A DNA stretch of 64,000 nt, taken from the NCBI GenBank assembly GCA_965365355.1, contig CBDUBJ010000002.1, positions 8,178 to 72,177 of the forward strand, written 5' to 3'. A program made the translations under genes and the position numbers. The notes below the pieces were generated by a model. It did no database searches and was not told the DNA's origin. It saw only the letters and a program-made list of their open reading frames with translations. Positions 1-8,848 of the stretch are shown here, in pieces. Positions within the stretch are counted from its first letter, which is position 1. Every line of letters begins with the position of its first letter. The stretch comes from an uncultured bacterium (GTDB taxonomy: Bacteria; Bacteroidota; Bacteroidia; Flavobacteriales; Flavobacteriaceae).

Positions 1-4
1 CAGC

Positions 5-520
5 ATGAGTAAACGCGATTTAAAGAAATATCTTCAGCAGCTTGATAAAAATCAGATCGAAGAGCAACTGCTTGAACTATATGACAAGTTTCCGGAGGTT
101 AAAACCTACTACAATTTTGTTTTTAATCCTCGTGAAGATAAACTTGTCCAGGAAGCAAAGGCAAAAATGTCAAATGAATACTTTCCGATCAAATCAAAAA
201 GGCCGCGACTGCGCAGGTCTGTAGCCCATAAATACATCAAGCACTTTTTAACATTAGGGCTGGAGCCGCATCATTTGGCCGACGTGATGTTGTTTAACAT
301 TGAAACTGCATTAAAATATTCAGCAAAGCGTGATATTCGATATGAATCCTTTTATAAAAGCATGCTGACTTCCTTTCGTCAAGCTGTCGATTTCATCATG
401 GTCAGCGGCATTATATCTGAATATAAAAGCCGGCTCGAATCCATTGCTGCAGAAACGAAGAGGCAAAAATGGATAAATTGCGAAGCCTTTGAAAATGAGC
501 TGGAAAAATTACATTTATAG
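5..520 (+). CDS. Conserved Bacteroidota hypothetical protein (DUF6155-like)
   Basis: 171-aa helical ORF; the N-terminus MSKRDLKKYL..EQLLELYDKFPEVKTYY resembles DUF6155 proteins as I recall them. Confidence 0.6.
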   Translation: MSKRDLKKYLQQLDKNQIEEQLLELYDKFPEVKTYYNFVFNPREDKLVQEAKAKMSNEYFPIKSKRPRLRRSVAHKYIKHFLTLGLEPHHLADVMLFNIETALKYSAKRDIRYESFYKSMLTSFRQAVDFIMVSGIISEYKSRLESIAAETKRQKWINCEAFENELEKLHL

Positions 521-608
521 AATGTTATTATGTACGCATAGCAACTAATTATGTAACGCAGTTTAACACTTAATCCTGCAACTTTGCCTAAACAAATCAA
601 GCGAGTTT

Positions 609-1085
609 ATGGCCGGAATTTTACAAAGCGTTACGTCTACTTTAATGGTTAAATTACCCGAGGATGTAATTTTGCCAACATATCAGGAAAAGATCCGCGT
701 TAAGAAAACCATTTTGCGCAGCGTCATCAGAACTTTACAGACACGCCGTCTTGAGCTTCTTTATGTCGGGTATAAACCTGAATATGTCGTGAGCAATATG
801 GATGCGGAAAAACTTACTTCAGACCGCACAATTGTAAGCATTAATGTTCTCGAGGATAATGGTTATATGTGTGATTTCAATACGTCGCAGGAAATGCTTT
901 TGAAGCGTTTTAAAAAGGAACTCCAAAGCAATAATGAACACATCGTAATCGACCGCGCGACGCAAAAAGATGGTTTTACCGAGCGCACGATCGAAATCTA
1001 TATCAAGTGTCGTTATTCCCAGAAATCCACTCATGTCCCGCACTATACGTTGGCAATGAGCTCTGGTTTTTACGCCGTTTCATAA
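609..1085 (+). CDS. Hypothetical cytoplasmic protein (158 aa)
   Basis: Clean ATG ORF after an AT-rich leader; no signal peptide and no recognised motif; overlaps the 3' end of the convergent nfi-like gene by 16 bp. Confidence 0.6.
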   Translation: MAGILQSVTSTLMVKLPEDVILPTYQEKIRVKKTILRSVIRTLQTRRLELLYVGYKPEYVVSNMDAEKLTSDRTIVSINVLEDNGYMCDFNTSQEMLLKRFKKELQSNNEHIVIDRATQKDGFTERTIEIYIKCRYSQKSTHVPHYTLAMSSGFYAVS

Positions 1086-1765
1086 TAAATTCCTGCGGTT
1101 AATTCGCCTGCCCGGAACATGTTTAATTTCTGATGTGCAATCCTTACAGGCTCCGGAATGCGATAAGGTCCGCAGCAATTCCTGATGATATCCAAAGCGG
1201 AATCGGGATCGGTCAAATGTCCCGCCGAAACAAAGATCGGCTTTACTGCATTCTTTGTCCGCAGTGCATAACCCAGCAATTCATCTTCTTCCGATTTAAT
1301 TTCACTAAAGCTAAACCTGTTCAATTCAGGGTTCTCAAAATTTCCGAACAAAGCAGTTTGCGCACAGCCAATGGTCGGCTGGTCATTGACAATTCCAAAA
1401 TGCGTCGCAATTCCCATTTTTCTAACATGTGTAATTCCGTGGCCATCCAAAACGACCAGATCAGGTTTTACTTCCAATTGTCGCCAGCCCATTTGCAACG
1501 CGGGCATTTCGCGGAAAGCGAGAAATCCTGAAATATGCGGGAATCGCGTTTCCATTATCACTAAAGATGTAGTCAATATTTTCATTTCCGGGTAAGTCAT
1601 TACGACAATCACCGAATGAACAACAGGCGAATACCGGTTGAACGATACAGTTGCGCCTGCAATCGTATTGATCTCTTTTGTGAAAGGCTTGATCTGAGTA
1701 AGTTCCCGCATTTGCTTTTGCAAAATCGTCGCCTGGGGAACTGTGATTTCGTTGTAATCGATCAT
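1070..1765 (-). CDS. nfi: Endonuclease V homologue, probably catalytically degenerate
   Basis: GFLAFRE, LDGHG, IATHFG, SAGH and RIPEP motifs of EndoV are present, but the GAD/GVD Asp reads GAT (T39) and PYIP reads PHIS. Confidence 0.85.
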   Translation of the reverse strand: MIDYNEITVPQATILQKQMRELTQIKPFTKEINTIAGATVSFNRYSPVVHSVIVVMTYPEMKILTTSLVIMETRFPHISGFLAFREMPALQMGWRQLEVKPDLVVLDGHGITHVRKMGIATHFGIVNDQPTIGCAQTALFGNFENPELNRFSFSEIKSEEDELLGYALRTKNAVKPIFVSAGHLTDPDSALDIIRNCCGPYRIPEPVRIAHQKLNMFRAGELTAGIYYETA

Positions 1766-2971
1766 TTAAAATAATTTTAGCTGGCTGCCGTCGGAAGGTG
1801 GTTTTGCATCGCCAAAAATTGTACGGCCGCCATGTTTGTAGGATTCGCGCCGCTCCTTTTCGATCAACGCTTCAAAATTGTTATTTGGGGTGAAATCTTT
1901 TTCTGCTTGCTGCGCGATTTCGGTAAGCTTACGAATTGCCTGAAGCTTGTCGCTGTTTCCAATTTTCGCTTTATCGATCGCCAGCTTTAAAGTGGAAATC
2001 GTTTCATCATAAACTTTTAACGGAACCGGAAACGGATGACCATCTTTTCCACCATGGGCAAAAGAAAATCTGGCAGGGTCGTCGAATCGGGTAGGAGTTC
2101 CGTAGATTACTTCGCTGACAAGCGCAAGAGACTGCAATGTTCGCGGCCCCATTCCCTGCAGCTGCAACAATGATTCAAAATCTTCGGGTTGCGTTTCATG
2201 CGTCAGCCAAAGCATCGCACCAAGCCTTTTCATGTTGACGTCTTCAATCCTTACATCATGATGATCGGGCATTTTCAATTTATTGATCTCGCGGATGATG
2301 TTATTAGGATTTTCACGCGAGATTTCCAAGGTTCTGTTTCTGAGCTGATCCGCTGCCGACGCCGTCATATTGAGTATCGAACCCCGGTTTTCGCCGTAGA
2401 TGAAACTGTGAGGTTCGTTTACAAAAGATTGCAAGTTCTTCGAATGCCAATGATATCGTCGGGCAGTCCTGACTTCGGGATTCATGCCTTGTTGAATAAC
2501 CGCCCAATCGCCATTTGCACTTACGATGAAATTGTGCTGGTAAAGCTGGAAGCCATCCTGAATTGCGGTGTTGTCGACTTTTGCCGTGAGCTTACTGCAT
2601 TTAGATAAGGCAAGTCCGTCGAGTCCGGTTTTATCACCAACTTTTAAAAGCTCATTTGGGGTTTCGCGTGAATGTTTTCCTTTTCCGCCGCAGATGTAAA
2701 TGCCGATGTCTTTTGATCTTGGGTTTACGGTTTTTTTCAAAGCGCCCAAAACGGAGGTGGTAATTCCAGATGAATGCCAGTCCATTCCCATGACAGCGCC
2801 CATGCTTTGAAACCAAAACGGATTACTTAATCGTGTAACGACTTCGGAGGGAGAGAACTCGGATGCAATTGTTTCGACGATCGCCAGGCCAAGTTTGCCC
2901 ATGCGGTCTGCAAGCCACGACGGAACATGTCCGTAATGCAAAGGAAGATCGGCAGAACCGGATCGTTTCAT
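1766..2971 (-). CDS. DUF763 family protein
   Basis: GSADLPLHYG, WFQSMGAVMGMDWHSSGITT and FSFAHGGKDGHPFPV motifs; HhH-like GMGPRT; the stop codon abuts the EndoV ATG. Confidence 0.85.
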   Translation of the reverse strand: MKRSGSADLPLHYGHVPSWLADRMGKLGLAIVETIASEFSPSEVVTRLSNPFWFQSMGAVMGMDWHSSGITTSVLGALKKTVNPRSKDIGIYICGGKGKHSRETPNELLKVGDKTGLDGLALSKCSKLTAKVDNTAIQDGFQLYQHNFIVSANGDWAVIQQGMNPEVRTARRYHWHSKNLQSFVNEPHSFIYGENRGSILNMTASAADQLRNRTLEISRENPNNIIREINKLKMPDHHDVRIEDVNMKRLGAMLWLTHETQPEDFESLLQLQGMGPRTLQSLALVSEVIYGTPTRFDDPARFSFAHGGKDGHPFPVPLKVYDETISTLKLAIDKAKIGNSDKLQAIRKLTEIAQQAEKDFTPNNNFEALIEKERRESYKHGGRTIFGDAKPPSDGSQLKLF

Positions 2972-3001
2972 TAGATGTATTTATGCGCAAATTTGGGTCT
3001 T

Positions 3002-3009
3002 CAAAAGTA
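3002..3009 (-). promoter_or_regulatory. Bacteroidota -7 promoter box for the DUF763-nfi operon
   Basis: TACTTTTG on the minus strand, 30 bp upstream of the ATG at 2971; matches TAnnTTTG. Confidence 0.55.
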
Positions 3010-3112
3010 CAAAACATCATGCAGATTCTGACCAATTCGCGATTTTTAATTTGTTTAACGGCCACTAATCTTAAAATTTAATCGACCTTATCAGATAACC
3101 TTTTTTTAGCAG

Positions 3113-3120
3113 TACTTTTG
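3113..3120 (+). promoter_or_regulatory. Bacteroidota -7 promoter box for the helicase gene
   Basis: TACTTTTG about 20 bp upstream of the ATG at 3140. Confidence 0.55.
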
Positions 3121-3139
3121 CAAATTGGAAAATTTGCAA

Positions 3140-4666
3140 ATGCGTAACCGGGATCACGACTTCGAAGAAGAGGAAAGAAAGGAGCTTTATGCGTACCAGA
3201 AAGGTGCTATTGACGCTATTTTCGAGAGACTCGACAATTCGCCGCCAAATTATCATTTGCTGTATCAATTGCCCACGGGTGGAGGGAAAACAGTTATTTT
3301 TTCTGAAATCGTGCGCCGATATCTTGCCAAACACAATAAAAAAGTTGTGGTTCTGACGCATCGAATTGAACTGTGCGGACAAACTTCGTTAATGCTTAAG
3401 GGTTTTGGTGTCAAGAATAAGATTATCAACAGCAAGGTCAAGGAATTGCCGGACCAGAATGATTATTCATGTTTTGTGGCGATGGTTGAAACACTTAAGA
3501 ACCGTATCAACGACGAAAAGCTGCATCTTGATAACATCGGGCTTGTGATCATCGATGAAGCGCATTACAATTCGTTCCGGAAATTGATGGCATCGTTCAA
3601 AAATTCCTTTATCCTTGGCGTGACCGCAACTCCTTTAAGCTCGAATATCAGACTGCCGATGAATCAGAATTACAGCGAGCTGATCGTCGGTGATACCATT
3701 TCTTCTTTAATCGAAAAAGGCTTTTTGGCGAAGGCGACAACCTATACTTATGATGTTGGGCTTACTTCGCTTAAAGTCGGCATCAATGGCGATTATACTG
3801 TAAAATCATCCGAGGAATTGTACTCGAACATGGTCATGCAGGAAAAGCTTCTTCATGCGTATACCGAAAAATCGCTGGGAAAGAAAACGCTGATCTTTAA
3901 CAACGGCATCAATACTTCGCTTTACGTTTACGATACTTTCCGCGAGGCCGGATTTCCTATCAGGCATCTCGACAATACGAGCAGCAACGAAGACAGGCGT
4001 GACATTTTGAATTGGTTTAAAAAAACGCCCGATGCGATTCTGACATCGGTTGGGATTTTAACGACAGGTTTTGATGAACCGACCGTCGAAAGCATCATTT
4101 TAAACAGGGCTACAAAATCGCTGACACTGTATTTCCAAATGATCGGCCGCGGCTCGAGAAAATTGCCGAATAAAGATTCATTTATCATCATCGACCTGGG
4201 TAATAATGCGGCACGTTTTGGCTTGTGGCATGAACCTGTCGATTGGCAGCATATTTTTAAATATCCTGAGCTATATCTGGAAAGCATTCGTGATGACAAC
4301 GAGATCGAAATGTTTTTTAAATATCTAATGCCGCCTGAAGTGAGGGCGAAATTTGCAAAAACCGCTGTGGTTGAAATTGATATCGATGCGGAATACAAAG
4401 CTGCGATGGCTAAGAACATGAGACTCAAGACGGTATTTGAGAAATCGCTCGAGCAACATGCCGATATGTGTGTTGATAATTCACAGGATCTTTACGGTGC
4501 GAAACAACTTGCGAAGTTGCTTGAGGGCGACATAGATTACAGGATGAAATGTTATGCCTCTTGCCTTAGCCATTGCAGCAAGAATTATCGTGAATGGCTT
4601 ATCGATGATTATAAAAGTAAACTTACACTTCTGATCGGAAAAAAATATCGTGAACAAAACTTATAA
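3140..4666 (+). CDS. Superfamily 2 DEAD/DEAH-box helicase (ResIII/RadD-like)
   Basis: Walker A PTGGGKT, DEAH, TATP and QMIGRGSR motifs. The ATG at 3140 is preferred over the TTG at 3125. Confidence 0.9.
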   Translation: MRNRDHDFEEEERKELYAYQKGAIDAIFERLDNSPPNYHLLYQLPTGGGKTVIFSEIVRRYLAKHNKKVVVLTHRIELCGQTSLMLKGFGVKNKIINSKVKELPDQNDYSCFVAMVETLKNRINDEKLHLDNIGLVIIDEAHYNSFRKLMASFKNSFILGVTATPLSSNIRLPMNQNYSELIVGDTISSLIEKGFLAKATTYTYDVGLTSLKVGINGDYTVKSSEELYSNMVMQEKLLHAYTEKSLGKKTLIFNNGINTSLYVYDTFREAGFPIRHLDNTSSNEDRRDILNWFKKTPDAILTSVGILTTGFDEPTVESIILNRATKSLTLYFQMIGRGSRKLPNKDSFIIIDLGNNAARFGLWHEPVDWQHIFKYPELYLESIRDDNEIEMFFKYLMPPEVRAKFAKTAVVEIDIDAEYKAAMAKNMRLKTVFEKSLEQHADMCVDNSQDLYGAKQLAKLLEGDIDYRMKCYASCLSHCSKNYREWLIDDYKSKLTLLIGKKYREQNL

Positions 4667-4748
4667 ACCTGTTTGCGAATCCCTTAACGTCCGTTTAGGA
4701 ATTTTCGGCATATTAAATCGTTAAACGGTTGCCAAACAATCGCAATTA

Positions 4749-4818
4749 TGCATTTCATCGAGTTTCTGGTGCATTGGACTGAACTTTTTTCACATAAATA
4801 AGCAATGACATAAATTTG
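4749..4818 (+). promoter_or_regulatory. pel-like operon promoter: -7 box plus two direct repeats 21 bp apart
   Basis: TGCATTTCATCGAG (4749-4762), TGCATTGGACTGAA (4770-4783) and TAAATTTG (4811-4818). Confidence 0.55.
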
Positions 4819-4861
4819 CTTTCGTATAGGTGTAGAAACACTTGTCAGGCAAACCGGACTT

Positions 4862-6400
4862 ATGAAAAAAAATTACGACGTGTTATTGATTTTGGAAGGA
4901 ACATACCCGTTTAACGGCGGTGGTGTTTCAACTTGGGCGCACATGCTCTGCTCTAAAGTCAAAAATGTTGATTTTTCCCTGTATTCAATCAATGCCGATT
5001 TTGAAGTTACGCCGAAATACGATGTGAGCAACATCAAAAATTTGGTGCAGCTTCCAATGTGGTCTCCACTTGAGCCACAGGAAATGATCGACTACGGAAA
5101 AAAGTACCACAAGTTTGTAGCACGGAAAGAAAAGCAGGATGAGCATGTTGTTCGTGAAGTTTTTCTTCCTGTTTTCGAACGCCTGATCGCCAATATTTAT
5201 TCTGATATTACAGATGTTGAAGAATTGGACGATACCATCTACGCGATGTGGAGATTCTTCCAGAAGCATGATTACAAAAAGACGATGAAAAGCGAACTGG
5301 TGTGGAAATCTTTTTGCTACCATGTTACAGATATTCTTGCCGGAGATAATGAAAAAGCGACTATTTACGATCTGACTGTCGGAATGCGCTGGATCTACCG
5401 TTTCCTGATGCCGCTTTCGATCGAAGTTCCGAAAGCTGATATTTCGCATTTAACGCTTGCCGGATTCCCTGTGATTCCTGCCCTTGTTTTGAAATACAAA
5501 TACGGAACACCGATGATTGTTACCGAGCACGGCGTTTACATCCGTGAGAGGCTGATTGCGATCAACACTTCGGAATACTCATTTTTCCTGAAGAAAATGC
5601 TGATCAAGTTCTCTGAATGCATCACCGAACTAGTTTATTATAAGGCCGATAAAATACTTTCCGTCAATAAATTTAACATTGCGTGGGAAAAACTTTACGG
5701 AGCGAATCCTAACAAGATTGAGATCATTTATAACGGAATCGATCACAATCTTTTTGTACCGGCTCCGAAACCTGAGCATTTGGCAGGAATTCCGACTGTT
5801 GTAGCTGCGGCCCGAATTTTTGAACTTAAAGATGTTCTTACGATGATCCGCTCATGCGATGTCGCAAGAAGGACGATCCCAAATGTACGTTACCTTGTGT
5901 ATGGCGACAATAACGCCGTTCCCGAATATACGGCAGAGTGCGAAAAGCTTATTGATGAACTGGATCTAAGGCAGAATTTCTTCCTTGCCGGCTATCATTC
6001 AAAACCACATGCATTGTTTGCTGAAGGTGACATTTCGATACTGACATCCATTTCCGAAGGTTTTCCATATACCGTTTTAGAATCAATGAGCTGCGGAATC
6101 CCCGTCGTGGCCACTGATGTTGGCGGTGTTACCGAAGCTTTGGATGATACTTGCGGATTTATCTGCAAACCAAAAGATTACGTAGAAATCGGAGCCCGAG
6201 TTGTTGAGCTGCTTCAAAATGAAGAATTGCGCAAACAGATGGGAGCGAATGCCAGAAGGAAAGTCGTTGAAAACTTTACCATCGGTAAATTTATCAGCGA
6301 ATATGAAGAAGTTTATGCACGTGTTGCCAGAAAAGAAAACAAAGAAGTTGTCGAACCAATATTTATACAGCTTGATGACCAACGTCAGGCAGCCTCATAA
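4862..6400 (+). CDS. pelF: PelF-like GT4 glycosyltransferase (DUF3492 + GT4)
   Basis: N-terminal LILEGTYPFNGGGVSTW matches the PelF signature (EGTxPxxxGGVSxW); TEHGVYIRER; GT4 E-x7-E motif SEGFPYTVLESM. Confidence 0.9.
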   Translation: MKKNYDVLLILEGTYPFNGGGVSTWAHMLCSKVKNVDFSLYSINADFEVTPKYDVSNIKNLVQLPMWSPLEPQEMIDYGKKYHKFVARKEKQDEHVVREVFLPVFERLIANIYSDITDVEELDDTIYAMWRFFQKHDYKKTMKSELVWKSFCYHVTDILAGDNEKATIYDLTVGMRWIYRFLMPLSIEVPKADISHLTLAGFPVIPALVLKYKYGTPMIVTEHGVYIRERLIAINTSEYSFFLKKMLIKFSECITELVYYKADKILSVNKFNIAWEKLYGANPNKIEIIYNGIDHNLFVPAPKPEHLAGIPTVVAAARIFELKDVLTMIRSCDVARRTIPNVRYLVYGDNNAVPEYTAECEKLIDELDLRQNFFLAGYHSKPHALFAEGDISILTSISEGFPYTVLESMSCGIPVVATDVGGVTEALDDTCGFICKPKDYVEIGARVVELLQNEELRKQMGANARRKVVENFTIGKFISEYEEVYARVARKENKEVVEPIFIQLDDQRQAAS

Positions 6401-6440
6401 TCACCACGCCCCAAAACCCCATTTTCCAAAACCCTACTAA

Positions 6441-8054
6441 ATGGAAAATCAGAATGAAAATATTAAATCCCTGATCAAAAACATCAGGGATAAGATTGGC
6501 AGACCTGTAAGTAACAGGGTTGTTGTAGCTACTATCGAATCCCTGGGCATCCGGAATAAGGATACCGAAAGCGACTACGGCATTCCTTCCGTTTATGAGC
6601 TGGCCGATCTTGTGTATTACGAACTCACAACATCCGACGAGCATGTAGGTGCAAAAAACCTCAAAGAGGTGGAGGCCGAACTCAACGGTCCCAAAAAAAT
6701 AACTTTTGCCGATTATCCCTGGATCAAAGCCAAAATCTTCCTGATCTACTATCCGAAAGGAATTCTTCATCTTTTACCGGTATTGCTCCAGATTGCAGCG
6801 ATCATCGTGTTTGGATATTCACTTTGGACATACGTCGGTTTTAACCACGTGCAATCGACTGCAGTTGTGCTGGGCGTGATTATCGGCTTGGTTACAACCG
6901 GCGGATTTGTTCAGGTCATCGGGCGGCAAGCTTCATTTTATTGGAATCATGAAGATTACGTAATGGTTCGAAGTACCGTCAATTATCTTTTAAAGGCCGG
7001 AACCATTGCAATATCCGTTGTGCTTTCCCTGATTTTCGTAACCAATTTCTTTTTCCACCTTTATCCGGTGGAAGTTTTGATGATCGTATTCGCATATGCC
7101 TTTCTAATCGGTTTGCTGCTATTGCTTCTTGCGCCACTGCATACCGTGCAGCAAGGCTGGATCATTTCGCTTGCAGTATTCGCGGGAACATTTGTTGCAA
7201 TTTCATTAAAAACCCAAACAATTCTTGATATATACTATACGCATTGGATCGGAATCATTGTTGCGATTGTGATCGCACGGCTTTTCCAGATATTCTTCTT
7301 CCGATGGATCATAAAGAAGAAGAAGTCAAAATCCAACCTGAGCGTTAATCCTGCGGTTTTATTCTATCACAATTATAAATTTTTCCTGTACGGATTCTTC
7401 CTTTACGTGTTCATATTTATGGACAGGATCCTGGCATGGTCGTCAACCATAAACGGTCCGCTGCCGTATGTAATATATTTTGAAAAGGATTATGAGCTTG
7501 GAATGGACATGGCAATCTTGATTTTCCTGCTTTTAACCGGTGCATTGGAGTACAGCATCGCATCCTTTACGAGATTTTTGGACATTGGGCAAAAACTCTA
7601 TGCAGCCGATTCGCCAAAAGCTTTTAACCAAAGCCTTCTTCGAATGTATTTTCAGCATGTAATATTGCTTCTGGGAACTGCTGCTGCCGTATCGGTTTTG
7701 ATCTATTATCTGATGAATGCATCGTGGGGTTATCGCGGACAATTTCATGAAGATCTACTTCAGCTCAGTGTAAACGTCTGTATAATTGGAGGCGCGGGAT
7801 ATTTAATGCTTGCATGGGGAATGCTGAACACGTTATACCTTTTTACCTTAGGGAAACCATCTCGGCCACTAAAAGCAATAATCGCCGCATGCGTCGTAAA
7901 CTTTGTTGTCGGCTTTTTCTGCAGCAGGTTCATTGCATATGAATACAGTGTTGTCGGGATGTTTGCCGGTTCGTTTGTATTCCTCGTGCTGACAATGAGT
8001 GCGAATGTTCGATTTTTTAAAAACTTAGATTATTATTACTATGCGGCTTATTAG
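6441..8054 (+). CDS. pelG: PelG-like polysaccharide export membrane protein
   Basis: About 12 hydrophobic segments directly after pelF; GGFVQVIGRQ and FIFMDRILAW segments resemble PelG; about 100-aa soluble N-terminal extension. Confidence 0.7.
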   Translation: MENQNENIKSLIKNIRDKIGRPVSNRVVVATIESLGIRNKDTESDYGIPSVYELADLVYYELTTSDEHVGAKNLKEVEAELNGPKKITFADYPWIKAKIFLIYYPKGILHLLPVLLQIAAIIVFGYSLWTYVGFNHVQSTAVVLGVIIGLVTTGGFVQVIGRQASFYWNHEDYVMVRSTVNYLLKAGTIAISVVLSLIFVTNFFFHLYPVEVLMIVFAYAFLIGLLLLLLAPLHTVQQGWIISLAVFAGTFVAISLKTQTILDIYYTHWIGIIVAIVIARLFQIFFFRWIIKKKKSKSNLSVNPAVLFYHNYKFFLYGFFLYVFIFMDRILAWSSTINGPLPYVIYFEKDYELGMDMAILIFLLLTGALEYSIASFTRFLDIGQKLYAADSPKAFNQSLLRMYFQHVILLLGTAAAVSVLIYYLMNASWGYRGQFHEDLLQLSVNVCIIGGAGYLMLAWGMLNTLYLFTLGKPSRPLKAIIAACVVNFVVGFFCSRFIAYEYSVVGMFAGSFVFLVLTMSANVRFFKNLDYYYYAAY

Positions 8055-8847
8055 GATGATACTTTTTATCCTGCCGTCGATGCTGACCGGAGGAATAGCA
8101 GCCGCACAAACGTCGCGGAGCACGATCCTTGTTTGCTATGGCCGACTCAATCCGGTCGATATAAGCGGTTATTCGTACGTCATACTGGAATCACAGTATT
8201 ATAACGCCGCCGAGATCAAAACAATAAAGGCTCAGAATGATAAAGTCGTTGCATATATCAGCGTCGGCGAGGTAAACGCTAACGCCAAGCATTTTCATAC
8301 TTTGAAAAACGAAACGCTCGGAAAGAACAGTATCTGGAACAGTTATTATCTGAATATGAATTCAGATAAAACACGCAAAGTCTTGATGGATCTCATCGGC
8401 GAAGGACTTGCGCTCGGATATGACGGCTTTTTTCTGGACAATATCGATAATTTTACGAGTTTCGGGCCGCAGGCATTACAAAAACCACAATTGATTTCAT
8501 TCCTTCAGGAACTATTTGCCAAATATCCAAACGAAACATTTGTGCAGAATGCAGGTTTGGAAATTATCGACCAGACTGCGGCATACATTGATGCGTTGCT
8601 CATTGAATCCATTGCGACCGATTACAGTTTCGACAGCAAAACTTACAAACTTCGCGCAGACGGCGATTTCAGGAACTACGCCGGAAAACTTCGTAACATC
8701 CGCGAAAAATATAAGTTGCCGGTGATATTGGTAGAATATGCCGATACTGCAAAGCTTCACGATGCCGTAACCGAACGGATCAAACCGCTGGGATTTGAAT
8801 ATTTCATCGGAAATATCGATCTGCAGACAATACCAAAATTCAGATAA
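8041..8847 (+). CDS. Secreted endo-alpha-1,4-polygalactosaminidase-like hydrolase (GH114/PelA-hydrolase-like)
   Basis: Signal peptide ending AAA-Q (start may be the ATG at 8056); VAYISVGE, GYDGFFLDNID and LLIES motifs typical of GH114-type TIM barrels. Confidence 0.8.
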   Translation: MRLIRMILFILPSMLTGGIAAAQTSRSTILVCYGRLNPVDISGYSYVILESQYYNAAEIKTIKAQNDKVVAYISVGEVNANAKHFHTLKNETLGKNSIWNSYYLNMNSDKTRKVLMDLIGEGLALGYDGFFLDNIDNFTSFGPQALQKPQLISFLQELFAKYPNETFVQNAGLEIIDQTAAYIDALLIESIATDYSFDSKTYKLRADGDFRNYAGKLRNIREKYKLPVILVEYADTAKLHDAVTERIKPLGFEYFIGNIDLQTIPKFR

Positions 8848-8848
8848 G

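Noticed and set aside
3928-4428. Long antisense and alternative-frame ORFs (this one, and e.g. 4985-5449, 12640-13137, 13430-13888, 37315-37788)
   Set aside because: They lie wholly within well-supported genes and have no motifs; they are expected shadow ORFs.
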